This document shows positions 1-15,448 of a stretch of 64,000 nt of DNA, piece after piece. The number at the start of each line of letters is the position of its first letter. Position 1 is the first letter of the stretch. This stretch comes from Eledone cirrhosa (Eukaryota), in contig OZ024740.1 in NCBI GenBank assembly GCA_964016885.1, forward strand, positions 323,578,001 to 323,642,000. The letters run 5' to 3'. The notes under the pieces were generated by a model, which was given only the letters and a program-made list of their open reading frames with translations, did no database searches and was not told the DNA's origin. Made by a program: the position numbers and the translations under genes.

Positions 1-255
1 AATACATGAATACACTTACATCTAACTATACACATCAAACATATATATATATTTACTTATTTATATACATTTTCACATATATATACATACTTATGGACGT
101 TTTTAGACACATTCATTATCACATATTTGCACCTATTCTCATCAGCATATCTTTCCATTATTAGTGTGGTAATTTAAGGTTATTAATATTCTTCTAACAA
201 CTTCACCCCTCCCTCCTAATATTCTCTATAAAAACTAAATAGGTCCTCAGTAATA

Positions 256-375
256 TTATTCTGATGAAATGACAGTAAATAATAACATTGAAATATTGAA
301 TGTCTGCATAACTAAAAGTTTGTAGATAGCAGCTGTTTTAGGTTATGTAACTGTTATAGAAACACGTGTTAATAA
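256..375 (+). ncRNA. Type I hammerhead ribozyme motif with long stem II insertion (Penelope pLTR-like remnant)
   Basis: ttatt(256-260)-CTGATGA(261-267)-a-atgacag...ctgttat-a-GAAA(359-362)-cacgtg (palindrome)-TT-aataa(371-375); stem I ttatt/aataa. Confidence 0.65.
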
Positions 376-525
376 ATTCCTTTCAACTAAACTGTATCCA
401 TTCAAATCTTTCTATTTTTCTCCGGATTACTTTTGGAACTACAACTGGAACCGTCGAGCAAACTCTACGTGAGCTGATAATCTACTGTGTGTAATATTTA
501 TATTACAACACAACGGAAAATACAC

Positions 526-720
526 CAAAGGAATGTGGTAAGGAACGAAATGGGCGATAACGCACCAGAGTACTCAATACTTAGGGTAGTAGAGTGGGAA
601 ATAGGAAAAAGTATGACCCCGACGGCAGAGCTGAAGCCGTTTCGACGGCTATTTCTGGACTCAGTGCAGAAATAGCCGTCAAAACGGCTTCAGCTCTGCC
701 GTCGAGGTCATACTTTTTCC
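526..720 (-). mobile_element. Fold-back (hairpin) element carrying the 3' half of an HHR, family H, copy 1
   Basis: Inverted arms 604-652 / 671-720; the long tail matches the copies at 36045, 40187 and 48570. Confidence 0.7.
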
Positions 721-2045
<1,325 letters not shown>

Positions 2046-2548
2046 ACCAGGAATTCTCTTATCATTTTATAAGATAAGCTCGTCTTCTGTGACATTCCAA
2101 AATTCCTCTGTCCCAGACCTTATTTCCAGTCGATGTGCAGTGTTTCTTATAATCTATAGACTATACTCTTAGTCGCTTTAAAAGGAATCAAAGTTTTCTA
2201 ATAAGTTTCCCAATTATTAAGTGAGAAATCATCTTCTAGTTCCTATCCTTATCTATCTATTACGTAACACAACTTCAAAGGTCGCCATCTTCCTTCTGAT
2301 CCGTTTACGCCTTTGCACAGCGAAAATATTCAGTTTACTCCGCTTTTAGAAATCATTATCTCTTTCAGACTTCAATGTGAACATTCCTTATCGTATATTC
2401 CTGCAGCAAATGGTACTGCTATTGCTGGTGGTGGTGGTGGTGGTGGTGGTGGTGGTGATGCTAGTAAATGGTAAAGATTTGATGTCCTTATTAGTAAGAA
2501 GCAATCGATCCAAATTCTTTACTTGGATTCTTCAGTGAACCTGCACGT

Positions 2549-2593
<45 letters not shown>

Positions 2594-2787
2594 CAGATAA
2601 ATCTACCACTCAATGGTAGGGTCTAAACCGTATAAAGAACTCAATGTAATCCGTATGTAGATGTCGTGAAGCAAAGTTTAAAATACAAAAATGTTTATCA
2701 ACGATATAATTCAATTGGATACAGAGTCAAAATAGAAATATTAAAACAATGAAATTAAACACAAAACTGTTAATTCATAATAAAACA

Positions 2788-2925
2788 CATTATTTTACGA
2801 TCGTTTCTGGGGGGTAGTTCTCTGTGTGTTCATTTAATTATTGATCTATGTAAAAAATATTACAAAATATCATAGTAAGAAAAAAATACATACGTCTTCA
2901 CTACCCGCCGTCTTCAGAAATAATG
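2788..2925 (-). ncRNA. Type I hammerhead ribozyme in the inverted pLTR
   Basis: Reverse strand: cattattt-CTGAAGA-c-ggcgggtagt...actacccccc-a-GAAA-cgatcg-TA-aaataatg; 8-bp stem I; palindromic helix III. Confidence 0.75.
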
Positions 2926-3161
2926 AGTTTTGTTTATTGAAGAATACAAAAAAATATACATATGAATAAGTAAGGTTTTATAACCAGGTTGAAATTGACC
3001 ATTGTTAAGAATGGAAAGGGGCAGTGTAAATCCTTAAGGTTGGTGGTAGTAGATGAATAAATAGGCCATCAGTGGATAAGGTATCAAATGACTTTTAAGA
3101 AAAGAAATGAAAGTTGTTAGTGTAAATGAGTTTAGGCATATTGTATATAAAAGTGTTGATG

Positions 3162-3590
3162 CTCAAAGTAATTGTAGAATAAAAGAAAATTGCCCCTTAA
3201 ATGGAAATTGCTTAATTAATAATATAGTATATAAATGTGTAATCACCACTAAATACTCTAATCAATCCTATATAGGATCCACTTCTAATCCATTTAAATC
3301 GAGATTTTATGCACACACCCACAGTTTCCGAAACACAAAATTAGCAAATACCACTTCTTTAGCAGAAGCAGTTAATAATTGTAAAAAGAAGAATATTAAA
3401 TATAACCTAACTTGGAAGATTCTTAAGAGAACTATTTCTTATCAGGGCAATAGAAGGGGGTGCGGACTCTGTTCCCAAGGAATTTTTGAAATTACTAAAT
3501 CGAAGGACACTATTAAATAAAAGACAAGAATTAATTTTAGTATGTAGCCATAAAATTAGAAGCACATTCAAATATTATAAATACAACTAA
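3162..3590 (+). pseudogene. GIY-YIG endonuclease domain fragment of a Penelope-like element
   Basis: CRIKENCPLNGNCL-NNIVYK...YIGSTSNPFKSRFYAH...SF...W...CGLC; premature stop at 3518-3520. Confidence 0.85.
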
Positions 3591-4100
3591 ACAAATATAG
3601 AAAAGGATATAGGTGAATAAATGTGTGAATATATATATCATTGTGTGTATATGTATGTATATGCATAAATGTATGCCTATATATAAACATGTGTAACTAT
3701 ACATGTGTATATATATATTTTTTATATTATATATTTTTAGAACAAATTATTCCTCACAACAAAGAAATAACTAACTTTTTAAGATTGTTCTATTCCATTC
3801 TACTTGATGTAACACACTAATCTCAGTACCCCTTCTCCTCCAACCGTAATCTTCTTTGACCATCAATACTTTTATATACAATATGCCTAAACTCATTTAC
3901 ACTAACAACTTTCATTTCTTTTCTTAAAAGACATTTGATACCTTATCCACTGATGGACTATTTATTCATCTACTACCACCAACCTTAAGGATTTATACCG
4001 CCCCTTTCCAATCTTAACAATGGTCAATTTCAACCTGGTTATAAGACCTTACTTATTCATATGTATATTTTTTTGTATTCTTCAATAAACAAAACTCATT

Positions 4101-4230
4101 ATTTCTGAAGACGGCGGGTAGTGAAGACGTATGTATTCTTTTCTTACTATGATATTTTGTAATATGTTTTACATAGATCAATAATTGAATGAACATACAG
4201 AGAACTACCCCCCAGAAACGATCGTAAAAT
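4101..4230 (+). ncRNA. Type I hammerhead ribozyme in the 3' pLTR
   Basis: attt-CTGAAGA(4105-4111)...GAAA(4215-4218)-cgatcg-TA-aaat. Confidence 0.7.
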
Positions 4231-4278
4231 GTTTTACTATGAATTAACAGTTTTGTGTTTAATTTCATTGTTTTAATA

Positions 4279-4360
<82 letters not shown>

Positions 4361-4513
4361 ATATATATGTATGTATATATATATATATATGTGTGTGTGT
4401 ATGTGTGTATGTGTGCGGGTCTGTGTGCTTATTTGTATATATAATATAAACTATATGATTGTGATTTAAAATACGCAATCTTATATACATATATATATAT
4501 ATATATGTATGCG

Positions 4514-4550
<37 letters not shown>

Positions 4551-4559
4551 TTGTATGTG

Positions 4560-4639
<80 letters not shown>

Positions 4640-5280
4640 GCGTGTATTTGTCTGTTTCTTTATTTATCGACACCAAAAGCATGAAAGGCAGTTTTGACCT
4701 CTGCGGGATTTGAACTCAAGATGTATAGACTCGCAAACGTAAATATATAGACACCTGCATAAACGGACACATGATGCTAACATTTTATTGGCTACTACTG
4801 CTGCTGCTGTGACTGCTGCTGTGGTTGCTGCTACTGCTACTACTACTACTACTACTACTAGTTTTGTCACTGACAATCGAGTATGATTTGATAGTATGTA
4901 CTTAACTTCAGCTAAGGGTTTTAGATGACCGTGCAGTAGCGAATAGACACAGACACCCTCTTGACGCTCCCCCATCTCCTTTGATCCAGTGGAACTTCCG
5001 GGTGGAAGGAGGGAGGGCTAAATCAATACTGAACTGGTACTTTCCTTATCAACCTCGAAAGTTAGGAAGGGCAATTGAATCGCAGCAAACACGAACGTCT
5101 TCTCGACCCATCTTCCTATGAACAAGTGGAACATCCAAGATATGACAGCTGGAAGGAGACAGAGTTACACAAGCACTTGTACTTTCTTTATGGACACTGA
5201 AAGGATAAAATTCAAAGTGGTTATTGGGGGAATTTGAATTGAAAACGTAGAGGCCCAGAACAAGTATCCAACACGCCAAC

Positions 5281-6440
5281 ATTAACTGGTTAATCGCTTC
5301 ACTTGGGAGATTAATACAAATACAAATTTAGCGAGAATCGCATTTCGGCGGATAAAAATTGGCGAAACGCAACTTCTACATTGTGCAGACAAGCGCTCCG
5401 TGGATATGAAGATACCAGAGCTATAAACATAAATTAAAATGGTCATACAAACTGAGACGATGGTTAAGAAGCCATTAAAAACCTTAGCCAAAAAAGCGAA
5501 CAAGCTAAACGAGTCAAACAAAATAAGATCTGATTGAAATAGATACCCGGACCCTCGGGGAAGATGGAATACTCCGATATTTGGGTTTCTGCAACACCTA
5601 AATCAGTAATACTGTCTGCTTATAAAAAATAAGCTCTTGGTATAATGATCGAACAAGGCATCGCTTTCTCAACAGGCATTTTGCTCTTCGTGCGCCAGAA
5701 TCTCACAGGTTATGAAACCACATGTGAGGTTTTAAGGGGAGGAAACCCCTATTTTGCCCAGTGAATTCAGCATGTGTAGTTATTGTAAAAATTTGCAAAG
5801 ACAGCACAAAATGAATTTAGCTCTCGATCGAGTTGTTTTTAAAATAAACTTAAGCGATTAATCAGTCAGTAGAGTTAACTAAAAAGCCAAAGAAAATTAA
5901 TTGGTTAATCGCTTGACTTGGGAGATTAATACAAATATAAATTTAGTGAGAATCGCATTTCGGCGGGTAGAAATTAGCGAAACGCAGCTTCTGTATTGTG
6001 CAGACAAGCGCTCCGTGGATATGAAGATACCAGAGCTATAAACATAAATTAAAATGGTCATACACGCTGAGACGATGGTTAAGAAGCCATTAACCACCTT
6101 AGCCAAAAAAGCGAACAAGCTAAACGGGTCAAACAAAATAAGATATGATTGAAATAGTTACCCGGACCCTCGGGGAAGATGGAATACTCCGATATTTGGG
6201 TTTCTGCAACACCTAAATCAGTAATACTGTCTGCTTATAAAAAATAAGCTTTTGGTATAATAATCGAACAAGGCATCGCTTTCTCAACAGGCATTTTGCT
6301 CTTCGTGCGCCAGAATCTCACAGGTTATGAAAGCACGTGTGAGGTTCTAAGGGGAGGAAACCTCTATTTTGACCAGTGAATTCAGCATGAATCGCTTGAA
6401 TCGCTTTACTTGGGAGATTAATACAAATACAAATACAAAT
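5281..6440. repeat. Tandem duplication, period about 615 bp (about 1.8 copies plus a third short start)
   Basis: attaactggttaatcgcttcacttgggag at 5281 recurs at 5896; a partial copy starts at about 6399. Confidence 0.9.
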
Positions 6441-6723
6441 ACAAATATATATATTACTCAATACCGAGTACTTATTTCTCTCAGCTTCACCAGATATATG
6501 TATATAGTGAATTTGGAGTGTCAATCCCTTGTGATTTTTTTTCCTCTCCTTTTTTTCTTTTTTATTTTCCAATACCGGACTTACAGTTTTCCAGGATTTA
6601 TACTGATTTTTTTTTTTTTTTTTTTTTTTCCCTTCAAAAGGACAGAGGCGTTTTATCTCCTCATGAAACTGACATTACTTAATGATGTTCGTCATCTATG
6701 GCTTATTCATATGTATTATTTCA

Positions 6724-6910
6724 TGAATTGGCAGTATCGGTAGAGGGTCAGACGCCATGCTTTCCAGCATAGTTACGCCCCTTTACGATCTGAGTTCAAA
6801 TCCCGCCGAGGTTGACTTTGCCTTTCATCCTTATGGGGTCGATAAAAATAAAGTACCAGTAATGCACTGGATAATTGCTGGCCTTGTGCCTAAAGTAGAA
6901 ACAATTATTT
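6724..6910 (+). mobile_element. tRNA-derived SINE family A (central GCCTTTCATCC..GGGGTCGATAAAATAAAGTACCAG domain, Meta-domain-like)
   Basis: Box A-like TGGCAGTATCGG and box B-like GAGTTCAAATCC; many near-identical copies in the window. Confidence 0.85.
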
Positions 6911-9727
6911 CATAACTCTATAGAACTATTAGAATGTTTGTGCAGTGTTCTGTGTCCAGCCAGGTTTGTACAACAGGTAAGAAAAATGATGCTTCGGTGA
7001 CGGTTTCTTCTGATAGGAGCCTCTTCCACGTCGGAAGATCGAAGTGGGTTTTCTTGTCTTCTTCAATACTTTCATAAACGGCTTCGGAGATTTAAAACTT
7101 ATGTTTCAATTGGTGCTTCCATTTCCACACGGTTCTATTGTCTTATTTACAAAAATATATATTTCTATATATTTCTTTATTTATTTCTCTTCTTTTAGTA
7201 TAATATAGCGAGTTGTCACCAGTGATGTTTGAAGTTCCTTGGTCAGAGTATCGCTTAAAGCTTCCTTTGTAGCGCCTATCCTTTAATTTATCTTTTTCAA
7301 AACAATTAGATTTGTCAGCGTTTGAACTAAACATTTTGAGAGTGTTTAGAGATACAACAACATAATTATTTTGGTGTTGTTGTTGTTGTTGTTGTTAGCT
7401 GTTTGACCGAGTCACTAACCCAGTCTATTTATATCTTTTGATACCTTGCTCGCTTCCCTTAATGCATAGTGGCATCATCACCCCTCTCTCAAGCAGTGAG
7501 GGTACAGTGGCGGCAGCGACGATGCAGCGACGATGCAGCGGCGGCGGTTGTGATGGGACAGCAGCGCCATAGGGATGGCGCTGGTCTGTATTTGGCTAGA
7601 GTTTTTGTGGTAGTGGTGATGGTGAAGGTGATGGTGGCGGCGGCGGTGGTGAAGTTATGTATATTAGGGCGGCCTTTAGCAATAGGTAATTTTCCGAAAG
7701 TTAAAATGTTGCTGCTCCCACAGCGAAAAATAGGTGTTTGCCCTACACCTGCGCTCTGTCCCCAGCTTTGCAAGTTGCCTTCCCCATTATATTTATTGTC
7801 ACTTATCCTTCTAATATCAAGAATAAGTCTGAACAAGTTTTTAATTTAAAAGAAAATTATATAAGAGATAAACAAATTTTATCTGAAAAAAAGGTGAAAA
7901 CTTTAAAATGTTCACGGTCGATGAGGGTCGCCTTGCAGTTGTTCGCTTGAGCTAAAGTTTGCATAGATTGGATTTTTGCTAATTGGAACAAGATAGTGGG
8001 GCGAGAGCTAAACCTTTAGAAAGTTGAAAAATGAGGGCAACCCTAATACACACACACATTTATATATATATATATACATGCATACACGTATATATATGGG
8101 CCTTCCAGTTTCATTTCACATTATATACATGTCTATGTACATTTTTATTATTTTGAAGTGAACGTGGCCCAACGAGACACGGGTGGTCTAGTATATTTAC
8201 AAAAATAAAAATGATGACACACGTTACATTCTATGAAAGTAAGTTGTGTCTATGTTATGAGAAAATAAATGTAAATTCTATGTTGTTAGATCTCCGTCGT
8301 TTCCGACGTTGAGCCTTCTAGTTGTTTCGATTACCGGAACAACCTGCTTATGAAGTTAAAGTGAAAGTAGCTGGGAATTCTACTGGCACGTGTGCCACGT
8401 GACTTAGTTCTCTGAGAGATTCGGCAAGGCAGGGTGTGGCCTTTTCAATTATACGTACAGTCAATATAATATTGTAATGTAACTTGGCTGAGTATTCTAC
8501 AGACACGTGTACTTTATCATAATTCTCAGAGAGATTCAGTGTCACATATTTCATAACATGACTGTCCCTTTGAATTACAGCTACAACTCAATTGTGGCAG
8601 CTGAGTGTACTGCACCTATGGTAAATATAGTGTATTGCTCATGGACACAACGTGTCGCAAAGAATCGAATTCATGACCTTATAATCCTGAACCCATCACC
8701 CTAACCACTAAGACATGGCCTTTCACAGAGAGTGCATAAAACTACATATAAAATAGTATATTTTACCTTCTCTTAAAGTAGTTCTTGTCTATAAAAACAA
8801 AAAACAAACGATGAATATATTGTAAGCCACATTATAGCATATCATTTAATAAATTTATAGGCGATATAAAAAATATAAAAAGCTATATTCTATTTATGAT
8901 TAAATGCTCTAAATTTTACGATTAATTGAAATGGTAAAATATAAATATAAGCGTGCAGAAATACATTTAGTTATTTATATATTCATTTTCCCTTTTCCTT
9001 TATATTTTTTTTATTCATTATTTATATTTTCCTTTCTTTATTTATTGTATTGTAGTTTGTCATTTATTCTTCCATCTATTCATATCATTCAATCATTTTG
9101 CTATTCTGGCAATCTTTTCTTTTACTTCATTATTGAGATTCTCAATAATGTTTTGAATCTTTTGAAAATGCTTTGAAACAAGTGTATTATATAAAGTAGC
9201 AGTGCAGTTTCATTTCCACAGTCACCTGTATAGGAAACGTGAAACCAATGGAGGTAGTTTAAAGTTTTCAAACCTATGTGATTTAAACAATATTGATAAT
9301 GGTTATTAATCGATCGTGAGGCCTTAATCTGTAGTTTTTTTTTTGTCTAATCCCAGCACTGTTAGATGCGTTTTGAGTAATGTTGAAATTTTTCTCTAAC
9401 CTGGTGGCTTATAAGAACCGAGTTTATCCTGAATTCATGCGGCGTTAAGCGACTGAGAGTAAAAGATACTCACTGATAGTGACGGCGGATATTAGAAAGG
9501 TTACTTAGGCTGCTACTAGTACCCATGTTTAGCTGAGTGTACTGGCAGAATTTAAACACGAAATTCTTTGCTCAAATACACAACGCTGCACCCACCTTGA
9601 GAACTGAAACCACGGCACTACAATTATGATCAGAACAATCTGGCAACTAGATCACTCCTCTTCATTCTAGCCACTTAGAGTATATAATATCTCTCCCTGC
9701 AGGATTCATTTTGTGTGTGTGTGTATG

Positions 9728-10030
9728 TGAAGAATCATGGCCTTGTGGTCACGGTGTTCCGTTGACAATCGTAAGCAAGTGAATTCGATTCCCAGACCGA
9801 TCAATGAATTATGTCCTTGAGGAAGACGCCATATTTCATGTTACTTCAGTTAACTCAGTTTGCAAAAAATGAGTTGCGTCACCTTATGTCACGTTGAATC
9901 TCCCTGGGAAATACTTTAAAGATGCGCATTCCTGTAGAATGCTTATGCTATGCTCAGCCACTTACACATCAAGCAGTTCTGTTGATTGAATCAACTGAAG
10001 CACTCATCATCGAAAGCGATGGAGATCCGA
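9728..10030 (+). mobile_element. tRNA-derived SINE family B (CORE-like), diverged
   Basis: tggccttgtggtcacgg...ttcgattccc...tgtccttgaggaagac. Confidence 0.6.
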
Positions 10031-10427
10031 CACATGATTCATTTTTGTATATTTAGTGTTTGCCTGTCAGCAGCCATCTTGTGTAAAGTTGACGTCTTAC
10101 GGACAGCTGAGTAACATCGCTGATTGCTATCACCTAACCAAGCTTCCTTAAACAGTTGCACTTAACTGACCCCACTTTTACTCTGCTCTTTATGTATATG
10201 GGAGTGTGTGTGAGTTTGTGTGTGTATATGTGTATGTGATACTATCTATATCTGTCTATCTATCTATCTATCTATCTTTCTATCTCTCTATCTCTCTATC
10301 TCTCTATCTATCTAGCTATCCATCTATCTATATCTACACATACATACATACACATGTATATCTATGCGCATGTATGCGTATGTGTGTATGTGATTCTATC
10401 TATATCTACACACACAGACATTCACAT

Positions 10428-10479
<52 letters not shown>

Positions 10480-10538
10480 ATGCGTTTTAGTATAGATATA
10501 GATAGATAAATATAAATCACACATACGCATACACAAAT

Positions 10539-10579
<41 letters not shown>

Positions 10580-10741
10580 CATATGTATATAAACAGTAGA
10601 GGTAGAGTGAGGTCAGTTAAGTATATACAAGTGTGTTTTTATGTGTGTGTACGTGTGTGTGTGTGTTTGTGTACGTGTATGCGTGTTTGTGTATGTGTAC
10701 ATGTGTGTATGTGTGTCTGTGTGTTCACATGTATGTGTATA

Positions 10742-10807
<66 letters not shown>

Positions 10808-11211
10808 TGAACGTCTTCTCCTATAGATCAACTTCACCTACATCTACTGCCATTCGATGTTCAGGTTTATTTAACTTAAATAGGTACAGATCTGGTACTC
10901 TTTCTGAGATAACCTGAAATGGGTGCAGCAAAGAATCTGATACCTCGATTGACATTTCCTAATGCTGCGTAACGAAGTTATCGGAAAAGGAATCATGCTT
11001 ATTAGCAACACTTTCTAGTTTTTACGACTCTGTTTAATTTCTAAGATATCACCAAGGATTCTCCATTGCTGAATAGCTGAATATTTCTCGTGTTGGTGTT
11101 CTCACACGGTTACTTAGGTAATGCTGACATGACTGTAGATTAAAATACCATCAGCGAGATTTATGTATGTTTATTGTACATAATCATATTGTATATGTTT
11201 CAATCATGGGT

Positions 11212-11490
11212 GAAGGCACATGGCTTAGTGGTTAGAGTGTTGCGATTGGGAGGTTGTGAGTTCAATTTTCTCAGACCGGATGATGTGTTATGTCCCTGTG
11301 CAAGACTATTTCACGTTGTTCCAGTTGTATCGGCATTTGCCTTTCCCTTGGACAACATCGGTGGCATGGAGAGAGGAGACTGGTATGCATGGGCGGTTGT
11401 CTTCCATAAACAACCTTGCCCAGAGTTATACCTCGTAGGAGAACTGTCTAGGGGCACACCCCATAGTCATTCGTGTCCGAAAAGGGTATT
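11212..11490 (+). mobile_element. SINE family B (CORE-like)
   Basis: gaaggcacatggcttagtggttag...gagttcaatt...tgtccctgtgcaagac. Confidence 0.65.
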
Positions 11491-11548
11491 TACCCTTACA
11501 TCTATGCTTTTGTTATGAATCACGCTGTATTAGTTCTGTTGCTAATTA

Positions 11549-11737
11549 ATTGTTTCTACTTTTGGCACAAGGCCAGCAATTACCCAGTACATTACTGGTA
11601 CTTTATTTTATCGACCCCGTAAGGATGAAAGGCAAAGTTAACCTCGGCGGGATTTGAACTCAGAATAGCAAGGGCCGTAACTCCATGCGTTAACGCATGG
11701 CGTCCGACCCTCTACCGATACTACCAATCTACCGCCC
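11549..11737 (-). mobile_element. SINE family A
   Basis: Reverse complement of the 6724/51138 copies. Confidence 0.9.
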
Positions 11738-12446
11738 TGTTGCTAATTAATATTAGCCTATCAAGGCCGAAATCTATGCAATGAAGATCTTCATAAATAT
11801 ATTATATGCAAAAGTCTCTATAGACCATCAGCTTAGTTTGCCTCCGTAGGAGGTAAGTAAACGTATTTGAAGAAGGATAGAAATGCTGAAATACTGTACT
11901 ATATGGCATTTCCCTACGTGTACTGATCACAGTTTCAAATACCATAGCGAGGCTTATGTATACTTAATGTACATAAATATTACTGTATATGCTTTCATAC
12001 ACAACTCTATCCTGAATCACGTCGCGTTTGTTCTGTTGTTTATATATATTAGTAGAGATACATAATTTAATAATAATGTTTTCTTTTTCATACATACAAC
12101 AAGACATGTCTATTCACGTGTGTAAGACTGTTTATAAATGCGTGTTGATTCCGACTTACTTTTATTGAGATATATTGTCAGATATATATATATACAATGA
12201 TATTAAATAAATGGAAACTATATTTATAAAACCATATTTATTCTAGTATATATATATAATATATAATATATTATATATATATTATATATATATAATAAAA
12301 TAAATATGCTTTTATAAATATAGTTTCCATTTATTTAATATTTAATATCATTGAATATTATACTCCAGAAAAATGTGTCGAGTGCTTCGAATCAGTTATA
12401 AACATTTATATTTGTTGAATTACCAACAAATTGAATATCCCTTTTG

Positions 12447-12511
<65 letters not shown>

Positions 12512-12591
12512 TATCCTGATGTCCTCCAAAAGCAATGGTCGCATTTTTAAAGGGTACGTCAATGCTTATTTGTAAAACTGATATATATTGT

Positions 12592-12654
12592 ATTTTGTCT
12601 GATGAAGGCATACCATAATTTAACTTGGTATCCTTGAAATATGTATAATGAAAT
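12592..12654 (+). ncRNA. Type I hammerhead ribozyme motif (slightly degenerate)
   Basis: attttgt-CTGATGA(12599-12605)-aggcatacca..tggtatcctt-GAAA(12636-12639)-tatgta-TA-atgaaat; its downstream sequence is repeated directly (about 12297-12410) and inverted (about 12196-12243). Confidence 0.6.
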
Positions 12655-12752
12655 AAATATGGTTTTATAAATATAGTTTCCATTTATTAATATCGTATAT
12701 CTACTCCAAATACTTGTCGAGTGCTTTATATCAGTTATAAAAATATTTATTT

Positions 12753-12827
<75 letters not shown>

Positions 12828-14117
12828 ATGCATGTACATATATATATTCTCGTATGCATGCATGAATATTACTATGTATATATTATGTATATATGTAAGT
12901 ATACATATGTGATGCCTGTATAAATGTATGTCACTCTTGAGTGCTACTGGTAACATGTAACCCAGTACAACCTGTCTCATGGTCGGGTCGTGATATTTGG
13001 ACACCCTGCGGGATGAAATCAAGACCCGGAAAATGGCGGAGACAACGGCCATCCAAATAGTACTTTTTTTTTACCTGGGAGTGAAAGGCCTCCAGTTGTT
13101 GTCACAACACCTTTCTAAGAGAGGGAAACTCTGAAAAAAAACCTGCGGCTTCGGAAGCATCCGATGATGTTGACCTGTTCTCCTTTTTGGGTAGTGTTTT
13201 CGATGCTCAGAGAGTGGGATTGGTCGAGTGCAAGGCCTTTCCCCACTTTAAAAACCTTCAAAGCACAGGCATTGCTTATTCAGGATATGTTTCAGGTTCG
13301 TGTTGCTGCCTGTAGCCTAAAGGTGCACCATTTTCTCTAATCTGACAAGCAATTGCAATACTGTTAGCAGCGTTTGCAGCCACCATATATATGATGTATG
13401 TATTGGAAAATTCGTCTCAAATGTGAAAGCCTGAGAGGGTTGTTTTTGTGGGATCAGCAGCTGCCCATGTCAGTCTCCACTCTCCACGACACCAATGCTG
13501 TCCAAAGACCTATACTGCTCACCACTAATGTCGTTGCACCTCATACACACTCTATATATATAATATATACATTATATATCATGTTATCTCAAGGATATGA
13601 AAGGGCCAATTGCAGCTTGATACCAGTGTCATCACAACTCATATATTCCAGGTAGGTGGACTAGAATAACGTAACGTAAAGTATCTTATTTAAAGACACA
13701 ACACGACTCGACGTCCAGGAATCGAATTCATAACCTTACGATTGCAAGCTCAACACACTAACTAATCTCTGCACCCTCACAACTACAAATAGTAATGTAG
13801 TAATGAATGCTAGATTGTGTTGCTAAGTTATTTAGAAGAGCAAAGCAATCTACTCCTTGTACTAATATATTTATTAGATCTATGAAAACCATAAATATAC
13901 CGTTTCTTGTGCCAATAGAAAACTAGACATAAAACCTCTATCATATATTCTTCAATATTCTTCAACTCTAAACCAAAGTAAGGTTATATGAAGCATCAGA
14001 GCACACAAACACATACGTACATACATACACACACACATTCAAATATACATACATATATATATATACATATACATATACATATATATATATATATACATAC
14101 GCATACATACACAAACA

Positions 14118-14281
<164 letters not shown>

Positions 14282-14287
14282 CGTTAG

Positions 14288-14330
<43 letters not shown>

Positions 14331-14649
14331 ACAAATATACAAACACATCATCTAAGCAATGTCGAAATCAAATAAGTTAAACATAAAAATCCTTTTTAAA
14401 AAAACTAGCAAACCGGAAACCGAACGACATGTGTTGTGTTAGTTTTGTACTAGCGTGATAAATCATGCACAGTTCTGTCTGAAGTCACCAGATGGTGTCT
14501 TGAGAATATGTCTTGTCAAAACCAGATGTTGATTGCTTGACCAATCGCCGCTCTAATATCCGTTGCACATATTTCTCATATCTACACAATTTATCCCATC
14601 TCCATTTTTATTTACCTCTCAGTATATTTGTTTTATTTTTATTTTATTT

Positions 14650-14689
<40 letters not shown>

Positions 14690-15162
14690 TTTAAGATTTT
14701 ATATATGTTATTTCTTGTGCTTTAATTTCTTTGGTGGACAGTTTTCTTTCTACGTCTCTGCAAATATCTATACTTCTCTGTACAGGTCTTTGCGTCTATT
14801 GAGTGTGTGGGTATGCACGCGTATGTGTGTGAGTGTGTGTATGTTTGTGTGTGTCCGTGTGTGTGGATGGTTGGATGGATGGATGTGTGTGCACTTGTGT
14901 CTGCTAGAGAGAGAGGAAGCTGGTTTTCAATGCATGCGAATAGGCATAACTGTACACACAAACACGAAGACACACACATATATACATATATATATATGTG
15001 TGTGTGTGTATGTATATGTATATATATATTTTTTTATATCACATATGTGTATATATGTACACATATATGTTTCTATGTGTTTGTGTCTGTGTGTTTGCGT
15101 GTACGAGAGTAAGAAATAGAGTATGTTTGTTTTCTGAGTATGTGAATAAGCATAACTTTATA

Positions 15163-15316
<154 letters not shown>

Positions 15317-15414
15317 AGGTGAAATCAGTCGACTACAGAGATGAAATATTGGCTTGGATGAAGTATTAACCAAGAAAGCATGTGAGTCAAACATACATAC
15401 GTGTGTCTGTCTGC

Positions 15415-15448
<34 letters not shown>

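Larger units (their letters stand above)
2733..4284 (+). mobile_element. 5'-truncated Penelope-like element: inverted pLTR + GIY-YIG fragment + pLTR
   Basis: 2733-3161 is the reverse complement of 3861-4284; a GIY-YIG-like segment lies between; the right end abuts (TA)n. Confidence 0.85.

Noticed and set aside
6724-6800. tRNA genes at SINE heads
   Set aside because: Only A/B-box remnants are present with no cloverleaf, and they continue into the SINE body.
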